NCBI GenBank assembly: GCA_041750285.1
Contig: JBGSZS010000007.1
Location: 160,001 to 224,000, forward strand
Length of the DNA stretch: 64,000 nt
Direction: 5' to 3'
Source of the DNA: Candidatus Fermentibacteraceae bacterium
GTDB lineage: Bacteria > Fermentibacterota > Fermentibacteria > Fermentibacterales > JCC-6
Shown one piece after another: positions 28,818 to 38,039 of the stretch. The notes beneath the pieces are model-generated. The model was given only the letters and a program-made list of their open reading frames with translations. It did not search any database and was not told the origin of the DNA. Each line of letters opens with the position of its first letter. The first letter of the stretch is position 1. The translations under genes were made by a program, and so were the position numbers.

Positions 28818-30947
28818 TTAGAAGCTGCTGGCGTGCTGTTCAACTTTGATATCGGGGAACACTTTCACGTTTATGCGGAAATAGAACCCAGTGTCGATAT
28901 CCGAAACATGTCTTGTAAAAAGAGCTTCCCAGCTTTCTAAATCCCTGGTTATCGTATAGCTTTGACTTAAAAAATCGTTTTCATCGAAGTCATAATATCC
29001 CTGATAACTTATGCTCCAATTGGGCGTGACATCCACTGAAGCGCTGACCCTGATCTTGTTCAGATCGTCCCCCTCCCCCGAAAGCACCGGAGACCATGTG
29101 TGGGAGAGGTTGAGTCGCCACGGCATGTCCGTGCTTTCCATGGTGTCCGGGGCGAAGGATGGGTCGTACCCGGCAAGCCTCAGGGACGTGGTGAGGGTGA
29201 GATTGTCCATTCTGCCCTCGTATGGGTCCCAGGAACCGTCAGCCCTGATTGAGGCCGATTGAACCGGGGTGATCTCGAGACCGGCCGAGATGTTCGAGAA
29301 GCTCCGGGCTCCGGAGACCGGTTCGGGATCGTAGAGGGAGGAGAGGGACAAGGTTGCAAGGGTGGCCCTTTCCACGCCTGACCTCGATGTCCTCTTGCCC
29401 TCCAGCCGGTTCAGAAGTGACAGGGAGTACTGACTGCCGCCGGATGGAAGGCCGAAGTCACTGAAGACAGGGTATATGCTGTCCGCCAGTCCGACCGGAT
29501 TCGAGACTCCGTTTCCGTCGATGTAGGTGCCAGGCGCCCATGACCATGTAACCGAGGGGCTGATCGTGTGTCTCAGGGAATTGTAGCCCAGACCCTGTCC
29601 GAACACCCCGTAGAGGTCCGTTCCGACCGTGGTGGACACCGAGCCGTGAAACCAGGAGGGGAATGCGTCTCCCTCAAGGCTCCGGTCGTACACCGCGCCC
29701 GTGAACCGGGCCCTTGGAGAGAACGCCATTATCCCCATGAACCGCTGTGAGAAGGTGAGCTCCGACGTCACCTTCAACCCCGCGTCGTACCTTCTGTCGA
29801 TCTCCCTTATCTCCCTTTCGGCAATGTAGTGCAGCGAGGCGTTCCAGTAGAACTGGTCGAGCACCTCCCTGCCGGGGAACAGGGGGGATGATGGAAGGGA
29901 GTAGCGGACGTCCGGCAGGGACACCATGTCCTTGAGCTGGTTTTCGAGGGTGTCGGGGTCGGTGTCGAGATACCTGGTGGCGTCGGCTGCAGCCTGCAGG
30001 GAGCCCCTCCAGAGCCTTCGGGTGAGCGAGAGGTAACTTCGTGCCTCCCTGTTCATCCGCTCCTGAGGGTCGCCCTGAGTATCCTCCAGATAGCTTCTGT
30101 CGCTGAGGAACGAGCCCTGGAGTTTCAGCATCGTGCCGTCCCGCAGCTCGTGCACATGTCCCAGGTTGACCATCCACCTGTCCCTGCTGTTCTCGTACTC
30201 CCTCCGCCACTCGACCCTGAAACCTCCGTCGTGCACGTAACGCAGCCTGTGCCTTTCCTGAAGGGAGAGCGAGAAGCGGGTCTTCTCCATGATGTCCGAC
30301 CTTATCTGGAGGTCGATGTAATCACTGAAACCAAAGTAGTAGCCGAGCTTTCTGAGGTATTTGCCGTCGCGCCCGGACTGGCCGAGCGTGGGAAGCATGA
30401 AGCCCGAACTCCGTCCGCGCCTTATGGGGAAGACGGCGTACGGGAACCAGAAGACCGGCGTGTTCTCAACGTACAGGACGATCGGCCTTGCTATGGCCTT
30501 GTCGTCGGGGAAGACCTTCATCGACGCCGCCCAGAACCACCAGTCCAGGGTGTCGCGCTCGCTGGTGGTGAAGCGGCCGCCTTCGGCGTTGAACTCCCTC
30601 CGGCTCAGCATGGTCACCCGTTCTCCTGTATACAGGGCGCCGTCGTACCAGGTTCTTGCCTCGGTGGTGCGGGCGGTCCTGGAGGGGATGTGGTAGATCA
30701 TTTCGGTGCCCCCTGCAGTTTCGCCGCTCTCCGTTATGGAGGGTTCACCGGTTGCGGTAAGTGTCTCGCGGTCAGGATCGTAGTGGATCGTGTCGGCCTT
30801 GAGGGTCATGTCGAGGTACGAAAGGGATGCCTCGCCGAACAGCTTCAGTACCCCCGGCGTCACTATGTAGTCAAGGGAATCGGCGCTGTATCCCATGGTT
30901 TCCATCGGTGGGGGCTGGGAGATCAGGAGGGTCAGTAGAATCAGCAT
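28818..30947 (-). CDS. lptD: Putative LPS-assembly protein LptD
   Basis: OstA-like N-terminus (YSADS, LKADTI), PVFWFPY, RRGRSSGF, barrel C-terminus TRDLESWE. Confidence 0.8.
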   Translation of the reverse strand: MLILLTLLISQPPPMETMGYSADSLDYIVTPGVLKLFGEASLSYLDMTLKADTIHYDPDRETLTATGEPSITESGETAGGTEMIYHIPSRTARTTEARTWYDGALYTGERVTMLSRREFNAEGGRFTTSERDTLDWWFWAASMKVFPDDKAIARPIVLYVENTPVFWFPYAVFPIRRGRSSGFMLPTLGQSGRDGKYLRKLGYYFGFSDYIDLQIRSDIMEKTRFSLSLQERHRLRYVHDGGFRVEWRREYENSRDRWMVNLGHVHELRDGTMLKLQGSFLSDRSYLEDTQGDPQERMNREARSYLSLTRRLWRGSLQAAADATRYLDTDPDTLENQLKDMVSLPDVRYSLPSSPLFPGREVLDQFYWNASLHYIAEREIREIDRRYDAGLKVTSELTFSQRFMGIMAFSPRARFTGAVYDRSLEGDAFPSWFHGSVSTTVGTDLYGVFGQGLGYNSLRHTISPSVTWSWAPGTYIDGNGVSNPVGLADSIYPVFSDFGLPSGGSQYSLSLLNRLEGKRTSRSGVERATLATLSLSSLYDPEPVSGARSFSNISAGLEITPVQSASIRADGSWDPYEGRMDNLTLTTSLRLAGYDPSFAPDTMESTDMPWRLNLSHTWSPVLSGEGDDLNKIRVSASVDVTPNWSISYQGYYDFDENDFLSQSYTITRDLESWEALFTRHVSDIDTGFYFRINVKVFPDIKVEQHASSF

Positions 30948-31816
30948 TTTCCGGAGGCCATTGCCGCGGCTCCGAAAGCCCCGGCAGTGGAAGAGTCGGG
31001 CAAAGCAGACACCCTCCAGGGGTTCGGGCAGCGTGACTCGAACTCGTGCCTGGCCTGTTTCCCGAAGAGCTGGAAGCAGGTGCAGAGCCCTCCTGCGAGG
31101 AAGAAGCCCTCGGGGGCCAGGCACTTCGCCAGATTGGCCATTCCCCGCCCCAGCCATGCCCCGTACTCGCTGAATGCCGCTATCGCCTTTTCATCGCCTT
31201 TTCGCGCTTTGGCTGCGATGCCCCTGGGCTCAGTCCTGCCATCGAAGAACGAGATGAGGGCGTCCCTGGCGGCGTACCTTTCCCAGCAGCCCCTGAGCCC
31301 GCACGTACACTTCCTTCCGCCTTCCCTGATGGTCATGTGGCCGAATTCGCCGGCGGTTCCCGTTCCGTAGAGGATCCTCCCCTCGGAGATCACGCAACCG
31401 CCGATCCCCGTTCCCAGGGTGATGAAGAGCCAAAGACCGTTCCCGGGGATGATCCCCTTGTGCAGTGCACCAATTGCGAAGGCGTTGCAGTCGTTGTCCA
31501 CGAAAACCTGTGCCCCCCCGAGCATCCTGGAGAGCGAGGAGGCTATGGGAGTACCGCTCCAGAGGGGAAGGTTCGGGCTGAAGGACAAAAAACCCCTCTT
31601 GATGTCGACCAGACCTGCTATTCCAACACCCACTGCGGCGGGAGAGGGGTCGAACCGTCGAATGACGGCTGCAATGGAGGCGAGAACGGCGGCGGGCTGT
31701 CTGCAGGGCCCGGTGTTGAGAACCTCGGCCATGCAGAAGGCCCCGTCGCAGCCCAGATGACCTACGATGGCGGTGGAACCGCCGATATCCACGCCCCAGA
31801 AGCCGTTGCTACTCAA
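30941..31816 (-). CDS. ROK-family sugar kinase
   Basis: GVDIGGS, DNDCN, GTGIGG, EFGH, CTCGLRGCWE. Confidence 0.92.
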   Translation of the reverse strand: MSSNGFWGVDIGGSTAIVGHLGCDGAFCMAEVLNTGPCRQPAAVLASIAAVIRRFDPSPAAVGVGIAGLVDIKRGFLSFSPNLPLWSGTPIASSLSRMLGGAQVFVDNDCNAFAIGALHKGIIPGNGLWLFITLGTGIGGCVISEGRILYGTGTAGEFGHMTIREGGRKCTCGLRGCWERYAARDALISFFDGRTEPRGIAAKARKGDEKAIAAFSEYGAWLGRGMANLAKCLAPEGFFLAGGLCTCFQLFGKQARHEFESRCPNPWRVSALPDSSTAGAFGAAAMASGKC

Positions 31817-33473
31817 TTCCCAGTATTTCGCCTTCCCTCACCGTGAGCAGGGGCCATGACACCCTGACATCGGTGGAGCTTCCAAGAACACACCTGCCGC
31901 TCGCGCCGAACCACGCCCCCCTGTCTGCCAGTTTTCGCTGCACCCCTGCCCTTGACCGGCCTCCCGTATGCCATGCTTCCAGAATGATACCGGCGGCATC
32001 GTATCCCTGTGCGGCAATCATTGACGGCGACTGACCGTACTCCCTGCCATACGCGTACACGAATCCCGCGGTCTCGGGGCGGGTCGATTCCAACCCGCTG
32101 GCTGCCGTGAAAACCGCTTCCTCCACGGAGTCGCCTCCGTGTCTTATCAGAAGATCGCTGTCCCACCCCGAGGTTCCGAAAAGGGGCAGTCTGACGCTGT
32201 AGAATTGAAGCTGGGGAGCGATCTGAATCGCGTCCCACGATGACACGGGAAGGAAAACGCCGTCGGCTCCCGATGCCTTCACCCTCATTATCTGGGTCCG
32301 GAAGTCGGTTGCTCCGCTCTGATAGCCTTCGGTGACGACCACGCTCGCTCCGAGCCTGTCGACCGTGGCCCTGAACTGGCTGACCTCACCGTTAGCCTGC
32401 GAGGTATGGGGGTGGATTATCGCCAGTCGTCTGCATCCAGCCCTGAGCACTGCGTACTCCGCAATGGCCGCCGCCTGGTCGCCCTCGCTCACGACGAGCC
32501 TGAAAACCCATGAACCCGCCCTGTCAACATCCTCGCTGGTGGCAGTGGGCGTGATCACAGGAAGGCGTTCACGGTTGGCGGAAGGGGCTGCCTGAAGTGT
32601 CGTCGAACTGGTCAGAGGGCCTATGACTCCCATGCAGGACGCATCAGAGCCAAGTTCGGAGAAGAGCGAGGCGATGTCCCCGGAAGATGCCCCCGTGTCG
32701 ATGACCCTGAGAACAGGGGGGTCGGAGTGCATCTCGCCAAAACGCTCGAAGGCCATCGTTACGCCCCTTTGAACCGGTATGGCGAATTCCGAGCCCTCCC
32801 CGGTCAGGGGAAGCACCAGAGCGAAATACTCCTCATCGGAATCGGGGGGGGTGACGGTCTCGCCCCATCTCTCTCTCGCCCCGGGGTAGAGCCTGTTCAA
32901 CTCCGCCGCGTACAGGGCCGCCTTTGCCGAGTCGCCCTCGATCGTGAAACGCCGCTCAAGCTCGAGCAGAACGAAGACCTCGAGCCAGTTGTCAGAGCGG
33001 GCCGTGGCTACGGCGTCGGTGTCCGCCTCGCGAAGGAGTTCGCGGGCAAGCTCAACAGCCTTTTCCTGACGGTGCCTGTCGAGTTCATCGGGGTCGAGCA
33101 GGGCCAGAACGGAGAGAGCCCGTCCGGGTGAGGAGAGTTCGGCGATGGCCCTGGCAAGGTATGCCCGGGACAGGACGGCCGGATCACTTGAAGAGTTGAT
33201 CACCCTGTCGGCGGTGTTCAGGGCTTCTGAAAACCTGCCCATCTCCGCGAGCGCTTCCGCTGATGCGGTCCTCCAGAGAGGAGCGTCCGGGGAGTCGGGC
33301 GCTTCGGAGAGCGCCGACGAGTAAAGCTCGAGCGCGTCGTTGAACCTGCTCTGAGCCATCAGGGCATCGGCCCGTGCAGCCTTCTCCCGTGGGGTGGTAG
33401 GCGTTGTGGACGGCCCGCAACCGGCGGCGACAATCACCGCCAGGACGAAGGTTAACCGGAACAGGGTTTTCAA
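31809..33473 (-). CDS. LpoA-like lipoprotein (TPR plus periplasmic-binding-protein fold)
   Basis: AAGC lipobox, TPR helices, LPLTG, IGPLTS, AAQGYDAA. Confidence 0.75.
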   Translation of the reverse strand: MKTLFRLTFVLAVIVAAGCGPSTTPTTPREKAARADALMAQSRFNDALELYSSALSEAPDSPDAPLWRTASAEALAEMGRFSEALNTADRVINSSSDPAVLSRAYLARAIAELSSPGRALSVLALLDPDELDRHRQEKAVELARELLREADTDAVATARSDNWLEVFVLLELERRFTIEGDSAKAALYAAELNRLYPGARERWGETVTPPDSDEEYFALVLPLTGEGSEFAIPVQRGVTMAFERFGEMHSDPPVLRVIDTGASSGDIASLFSELGSDASCMGVIGPLTSSTTLQAAPSANRERLPVITPTATSEDVDRAGSWVFRLVVSEGDQAAAIAEYAVLRAGCRRLAIIHPHTSQANGEVSQFRATVDRLGASVVVTEGYQSGATDFRTQIMRVKASGADGVFLPVSSWDAIQIAPQLQFYSVRLPLFGTSGWDSDLLIRHGGDSVEEAVFTAASGLESTRPETAGFVYAYGREYGQSPSMIAAQGYDAAGIILEAWHTGGRSRAGVQRKLADRGAWFGASGRCVLGSSTDVRVSWPLLTVREGEILGIE

Positions 33474-33645
33474 GGGATCCTCCCGTTATGCTGATGAGTG
33501 CCACAACAGCCAACTATACAGAACCCTTGATGGCCGGGGCAGTGGCATCGACCGCGAAAATTGGCGCACACCGGCCCGGGCGTTTGATGTCAGGCGAAAG
33601 GCGTTTCACGTTCGGAGCAACCGGCCGCCGTTCAGAGCCGGGAAA

Positions 33646-34257
33646 TCAGTTCGGAGACTCCCCGAAGGTTCTTTTGATGCTTCCCCAGGTCAGCCCGGTG
33701 AAGGTCAGGTCTCCGTGTGCCGTGAGGGAGGCCTCGTATAGCCACAGGTCAACCACGGTTGATCCCCTGTATCCGGAATGGTAGCAGGTGAACATGAATT
33801 GGAGGAACTGACCGGGTTCGAGACCGGTGATGCTGACATGAATCGGAAGGGAGTCCTCCACACTTTCATTGCCGTAACTGGAGACTCCGTGTGACCAGAT
33901 TACCTCTGAGGCGGTTCCGTCCGTCAGCATTTCGAGCGTTACGGATGCATAGGCAGTGCCTGAAGTCGTGCCTGCATAGAGGTATGTGTGCTGTGGTATG
34001 TGCAGCACCAGTGAATCCGCATCCTGCGGAACCGTAGAGACCTGCGTCACCATGAGCGCGCAATCGACGTCCACGTGCCCTTTGGGATACCACCAACCTA
34101 CATGGTGTGCGTTGGCGCCTTCCGACGAGAATTCGAACCCGTATTGCCCCCAGGAGCCCGGCAGTTCAGTTAGTGTGTAGCTCCATAGAACGTCATCCGC
34201 CGCAGCAGTTCCAGAAGGAAGAATGAAGAAAAGAACCGTGAAAGCATGCCGTTTCAT
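33646..34257 (-). CDS. Hypothetical secreted beta-rich protein with TWGxIK tail
   Basis: Signal peptide MKRHAF...AAA; C-terminus LTFTGLTWGSIKRTF. Confidence 0.75.
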   Translation of the reverse strand: MKRHAFTVLFFILPSGTAAADDVLWSYTLTELPGSWGQYGFEFSSEGANAHHVGWWYPKGHVDVDCALMVTQVSTVPQDADSLVLHIPQHTYLYAGTTSGTAYASVTLEMLTDGTASEVIWSHGVSSYGNESVEDSLPIHVSITGLEPGQFLQFMFTCYHSGYRGSTVVDLWLYEASLTAHGDLTFTGLTWGSIKRTFGESPN

Positions 34258-34322
34258 TTCTGCCCACCGTTCCTCCGCTTCCCGTTTCCACGCAACGTCT
34301 TGCACCTGAGGATTTCGACCAT
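34254..34322 (-). CDS. Candidate 22-aa upstream peptide MVEILRCKTLRGNGKRRNGGQK
   Basis: GGAGG RBS 4 nt upstream; its TGA overlaps the downstream ATG (ATGA). Confidence 0.3.
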   Translation of the reverse strand: MVEILRCKTLRGNGKRRNGGQK

Positions 34323-34587
34323 GTATCCTCCAGTTCAATCATTTGATTCAGTCAACTGAAGCATACACCCATTGAACAGGAAAGAGAATGGCGCATGGAG
34401 TCTTCCGGCGGTCTCCCCTGCCTGCCTGATCGACCGAACAGGCAGGCTTGATCCCGTCATATTCGTCTGTTCTCAAGTTGTGCTGCTCCTTTGACTGCGG
34501 GAGATGAAGTGCTGCGGGAGCGCTTTGTTCTGGTGGGAGAGCGGTGACTCGGGGGTAACCCATCCATGATGATCATCCGGGTTGATG

Positions 34588-34619
34588 GTCCCGGCCCACC
34601 TGTTCGGGTGGGCCGGGAC
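34588..34619 (-). terminator. Strong hairpin after the PPIase gene
   Basis: 13-bp perfect stem GTCCCGGCCCACC/GGTGGGCCGGGAC; no U-tail. Confidence 0.55.
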
Positions 34620-34629
34620 TGAAGAGGAG

Positions 34630-36633
34630 CTACTGGATCGTTACCGAGTCTTCCGTGGCGGGGATGAACATCTCGATTGGTTTGTCCATGTTCTCGATCA
34701 TCCACTCAGCGTCGTCGACAAGGTCGCTTTCGGGGTAGGAAGCGGTGACCTCGCGGAAGGCCTCGCGAGCTGCGTCGTAGTTGCCGAGCTTCTCACTCAG
34801 TGTGAAGCCCTTGAGGAAAACCGCCTGATCGCACCTTTCGTTGTCGGGGTACCTTTCGACGAAGAGCGCGAAGTAGCGGACCGCTGTTTCCGGGTCGGAG
34901 GCCATCGTCTCCTGGGCAAGCGACATCAGGCTGTCGGGTCCGATCGAAAGGGCCGGCAGGAAGGCTTCCTCGTTGATCTCGACCTCGTACTTCTCCATCA
35001 GGGCCGGGAAGACGGTGTTTCTGAGGTAGTTGTTCACAACCTCGGGTTTCAGGGCAGCCTCGATCGACTCCCTGACCTCGGCGAGGGGTCTGGCACCCTC
35101 CTCGACGGAATCGGTTACCTTGAACCAGGTGATGCCTATCTCAGTGGGCCATGGGCCAAGCACCGTGCCTGCCGGAGCGGCGAACAGCTCGTCGGCGAAC
35201 TCCGGCCTGCCGCCCATGTAGGGCAGGGGGGCATCGGATGTCACCCAGCCAAGGTCTCCGTTGACGGCAGCGGTTGGCTCATGGATGCTGTACGAGGCAG
35301 CTACGGAGTCGAAGGGAACGCCCTGGTCAAGAAGCCCCTGCACCAGTTCCTGCTGCTCTCCCCGGACCGTTGCCACGACCGAGAACCGTGTCTGGGCGCT
35401 CTGATGGTAGATGTCGCCGGTGTGGGCGTTGTAGTACTCCTGTATCGCCTCTTCGGAGACCGGAGCCGCGGCCACTACGAAACGGTTGTAATACTCCTGG
35501 ATGAGGGCGCTGTTCCGGGCCATTTCAGCCTGTTCCATCGCCATCTCAACCTGTGCGACGACGAAGGAATCCTGCTCCATTCCCATTCCGGCAGCAGCCA
35601 GTTCAAGGATCTCCTGTTCGATAAGGCTGCCCAGGAGGATCTGGCGCCCCTCGACCGTGTCGTAGGCTTCCCTCTGGTAGTAGGGGATGGCCTCGATCGC
35701 AGCCTCGATGTCCGTGCGGGTTATGGAGGTTTCGCCTATCGTGGCCAGGATCTCCGCGTCGGGGTCGTCGAAGACCTGGACGTCGTACCTTTCGTGAAGC
35801 TCGGGGATCAGCGTGTTCTTGAAGTACTCGTTGACCAGGGCGGGCTTCAGTACGCTTTCGATCGATCCACGGGCTTCCTCGAGCGAAACGTATCCCTCGG
35901 GTTCAATCTCGGTCACCCGGAAGAAATGGGTTCCCAGAGAGGTTTCGAACGGGCCCACGACACCGCCTTCCGGGGCGGAGAGAAGCCGGGCGGCCAGGGT
36001 GGTGTCGGTGCCGATGTAGGGGATGTTGCCGTTCTGTTCGACCATGCCCATGCGGCCGCCCTGATTCCGCGTGACCGCGTGCTCGCTCATCTCCACCGCG
36101 ATCGAGTCGAAGGATTCCCCCGAGTCAAGCCGGGTAAGGACCGCTTCGACCGCCTGCGGGGTGGAGACAAGGATGTGGGCGAGCTGCGCCGTCGCCTGGC
36201 GGCGGAACCTGGTGTCGAGGTTTTCGTTGTAGTAGGAGCTGACCATGGAGTCGGGCACCTGCACGGCCTCGATGACGTGGCGCTGATAGAACGCCTGGGT
36301 CATGGCCCTCTGTCTGACGCTTTCCACCATCTCTTCGGCCAGTGCAACCTGTGCAAGGACGGTCGAATCGTTCTCGAGCCCTTCGTCAATCGCCGCAGCC
36401 AGAAGGAGTTCGCGCTCGATGATGTGGTTCAGGAGCTGCTTCCTGCCCTGCAGGGTCTCGAAGGGAGCCCTCTGGTAGGGGGGTATGCGCTGGAGTTCAC
36501 GTTCCAGCTCCTCCATCGTTATGATCCTTGATCCGATCCTTGCGACCTCGCCCTCTCCAAGGGGGCGTGTCCCGCAGGCGGCAGCAAGAAGCAGAAGCAG
36601 CGCCGCCAGGGGTATGGTGATCTTTCCCCGCAT
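34630..36633 (-). CDS. Lipoprotein foldase with two PpiC/parvulin modules and a C-terminal TPR
   Basis: AAAC lipobox; HILV, SFDSIAVEMS, GGRMG/NGDLG, GPFET; internal duplication. Confidence 0.85.
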   Translation of the reverse strand: MRGKITIPLAALLLLLAAACGTRPLGEGEVARIGSRIITMEELERELQRIPPYQRAPFETLQGRKQLLNHIIERELLLAAAIDEGLENDSTVLAQVALAEEMVESVRQRAMTQAFYQRHVIEAVQVPDSMVSSYYNENLDTRFRRQATAQLAHILVSTPQAVEAVLTRLDSGESFDSIAVEMSEHAVTRNQGGRMGMVEQNGNIPYIGTDTTLAARLLSAPEGGVVGPFETSLGTHFFRVTEIEPEGYVSLEEARGSIESVLKPALVNEYFKNTLIPELHERYDVQVFDDPDAEILATIGETSITRTDIEAAIEAIPYYQREAYDTVEGRQILLGSLIEQEILELAAAGMGMEQDSFVVAQVEMAMEQAEMARNSALIQEYYNRFVVAAAPVSEEAIQEYYNAHTGDIYHQSAQTRFSVVATVRGEQQELVQGLLDQGVPFDSVAASYSIHEPTAAVNGDLGWVTSDAPLPYMGGRPEFADELFAAPAGTVLGPWPTEIGITWFKVTDSVEEGARPLAEVRESIEAALKPEVVNNYLRNTVFPALMEKYEVEINEEAFLPALSIGPDSLMSLAQETMASDPETAVRYFALFVERYPDNERCDQAVFLKGFTLSEKLGNYDAAREAFREVTASYPESDLVDDAEWMIENMDKPIEMFIPATEDSVTIQ

Positions 36634-36637
36634 GTTG

Positions 36638-36862
36638 TCAGTTCTCCCTTTTCGTTTTTGCTTCAAGTTCATAGTCGATGCGGCTGTTTGCGAACTCGGT
36701 CATTGCGGCCTCGGATGCCTGTTCCTCCGGCTCGGCGATCCCCTCGACGAGAACCGGAGCGCCCTCCTGGATGCTTCGGACCCGTTTTGAGACCGCGATG
36801 GTGAACAGGTACTGATTCTCCACCGAAGCTGCCTTCTGTTCCGTCTTTTCAAAGTATTTCAA
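36638..36862 (-). CDS. rpoZ: RNA polymerase omega subunit
   Basis: ENQYLFTIAVSKRVRSIQEGAPVLV...AMTEF resembles omega; TTG start after AAAGGTGG; 74 aa. Confidence 0.8.
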   Translation of the reverse strand: MKYFEKTEQKAASVENQYLFTIAVSKRVRSIQEGAPVLVEGIAEPEEQASEAAMTEFANSRIDYELEAKTKREN

Positions 36863-36992
36863 GAATAGCCACCTTTCAGCGCGGCGCTTGCGCGAAAATG
36901 TACCGGGGTTGGGGTAAGACACGGTATGTACATGGCAACTATACACGAAGCGGAGGGAAAGAGTTCCCCCCGCTTCACAAAGGCCGTCAGGA

Positions 36993-37955
36993 TCAGTTCT
37001 CTGCGGGTGCCGCCTCGAGGTTTTCCCGGTTGGCCATGAGGAAATCCCACGTGGGCTGGTCGAGAAGGTCCATTTCCCTGGTTTCGATCCTGAGGGTTCC
37101 CAGGGCCGACCTGTCCCAGTAGCGCACGATGGTGAGCATGTCGCGGTCGCCGGGAAGGGCTCCTTCAGCAAGGCTGGGGAAGCGGAGCGGATGCTTGAAG
37201 TATATCTCGACCCTCGATGTGTCAGGATTCGAGGTGCAGTAACCGACGAAGCGCCAGGTCTGGACATCCATGGACTGCCCCCTGGCCCTTCCCGATGCCC
37301 CGGGCCTTTCCCAGAACGTGTACACGGTGTCGGGAAGGATCTCGAACACGTACTCGCCACCGAGCGGATCGCTCTCCGCGGAGATGTCTATTCCAAGGTT
37401 CTCGACCTGGGTGGGGCTGAGCGACACGGGGTACCTGTTGTATATGTGGGATGCCTGCTCTTCCCCGACCCTGACGAGCACCGAACGGGAGACCTCGGTG
37501 CGCCTGATGTGTGCGTATTCGGGGAAACTGACCCTGATGAACGTGGGCATCCAGTCCGCCTCGCAGAAAAGGGAATCGGGGTAGTCCTTTTCCACGAGAC
37601 CGCCGATGACGCCACCGTGACGGTCATGGTTGGGGCAGGAAATGGCGAATTGCGTACCCAGTGAGAGTTTGGGATCGAAATGATACGTGGAGTCCGTGAA
37701 ACCCTGGCTCCACAGAGAGGGGCAGATGCCCAGCGAATCGGGAAGGTCCGCAAAGGCGAGAAGCGAATCGATCGTCGGGGCGGAGATTCCTTCGTTTTCA
37801 AGCATGTGCTGCACATTTGCCCTGGCCAGCCCGTACATCTGTTCCCGGCAGTTCTCTCGGGGGATGCGGTATGCCTCAACACGCTGGTGGATCCGGAATA
37901 TGAGAATCGCGGCGAGCAGAACAATGATGACCCTCACAAGAACTCTAGATCCCAT
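36993..37955 (-). CDS. Hypothetical membrane-anchored, pilin-like protein
   Basis: N-terminal TM helix; C..CP..Y..ISCPxHxxHG; DPLGGEYVF. Confidence 0.6.
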   Translation of the reverse strand: MGSRVLVRVIIVLLAAILIFRIHQRVEAYRIPRENCREQMYGLARANVQHMLENEGISAPTIDSLLAFADLPDSLGICPSLWSQGFTDSTYHFDPKLSLGTQFAISCPNHDRHGGVIGGLVEKDYPDSLFCEADWMPTFIRVSFPEYAHIRRTEVSRSVLVRVGEEQASHIYNRYPVSLSPTQVENLGIDISAESDPLGGEYVFEILPDTVYTFWERPGASGRARGQSMDVQTWRFVGYCTSNPDTSRVEIYFKHPLRFPSLAEGALPGDRDMLTIVRYWDRSALGTLRIETREMDLLDQPTWDFLMANRENLEAAPAEN

Positions 37956-38039
37956 GGCTTGAAAACCCCCCGATTGGTGTTTCAGTTAGTGTTGCACTGC
38001 GGACATTCTTGGTAATTTACCGACCCCTTTCAACCCGTG

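Noticed and set aside
28991..29020. CATAA...TTATG dif-like inverted repeat
   Set aside because: Spacer is 13 nt rather than 6 and the XerD arm is poor
33491..33560. CTGATGAG plus TGCCAC/GTGGCA stem resembling a hammerhead core
   Set aside because: The stem is followed by GACC, not GAAA; no stems I/III evident
34400..34520. Cobalamin or fluoride riboswitch fragments (GGAGACCGCC, CCCGCAG, GGCGCATGGAG)
   Set aside because: Other conserved core elements are missing
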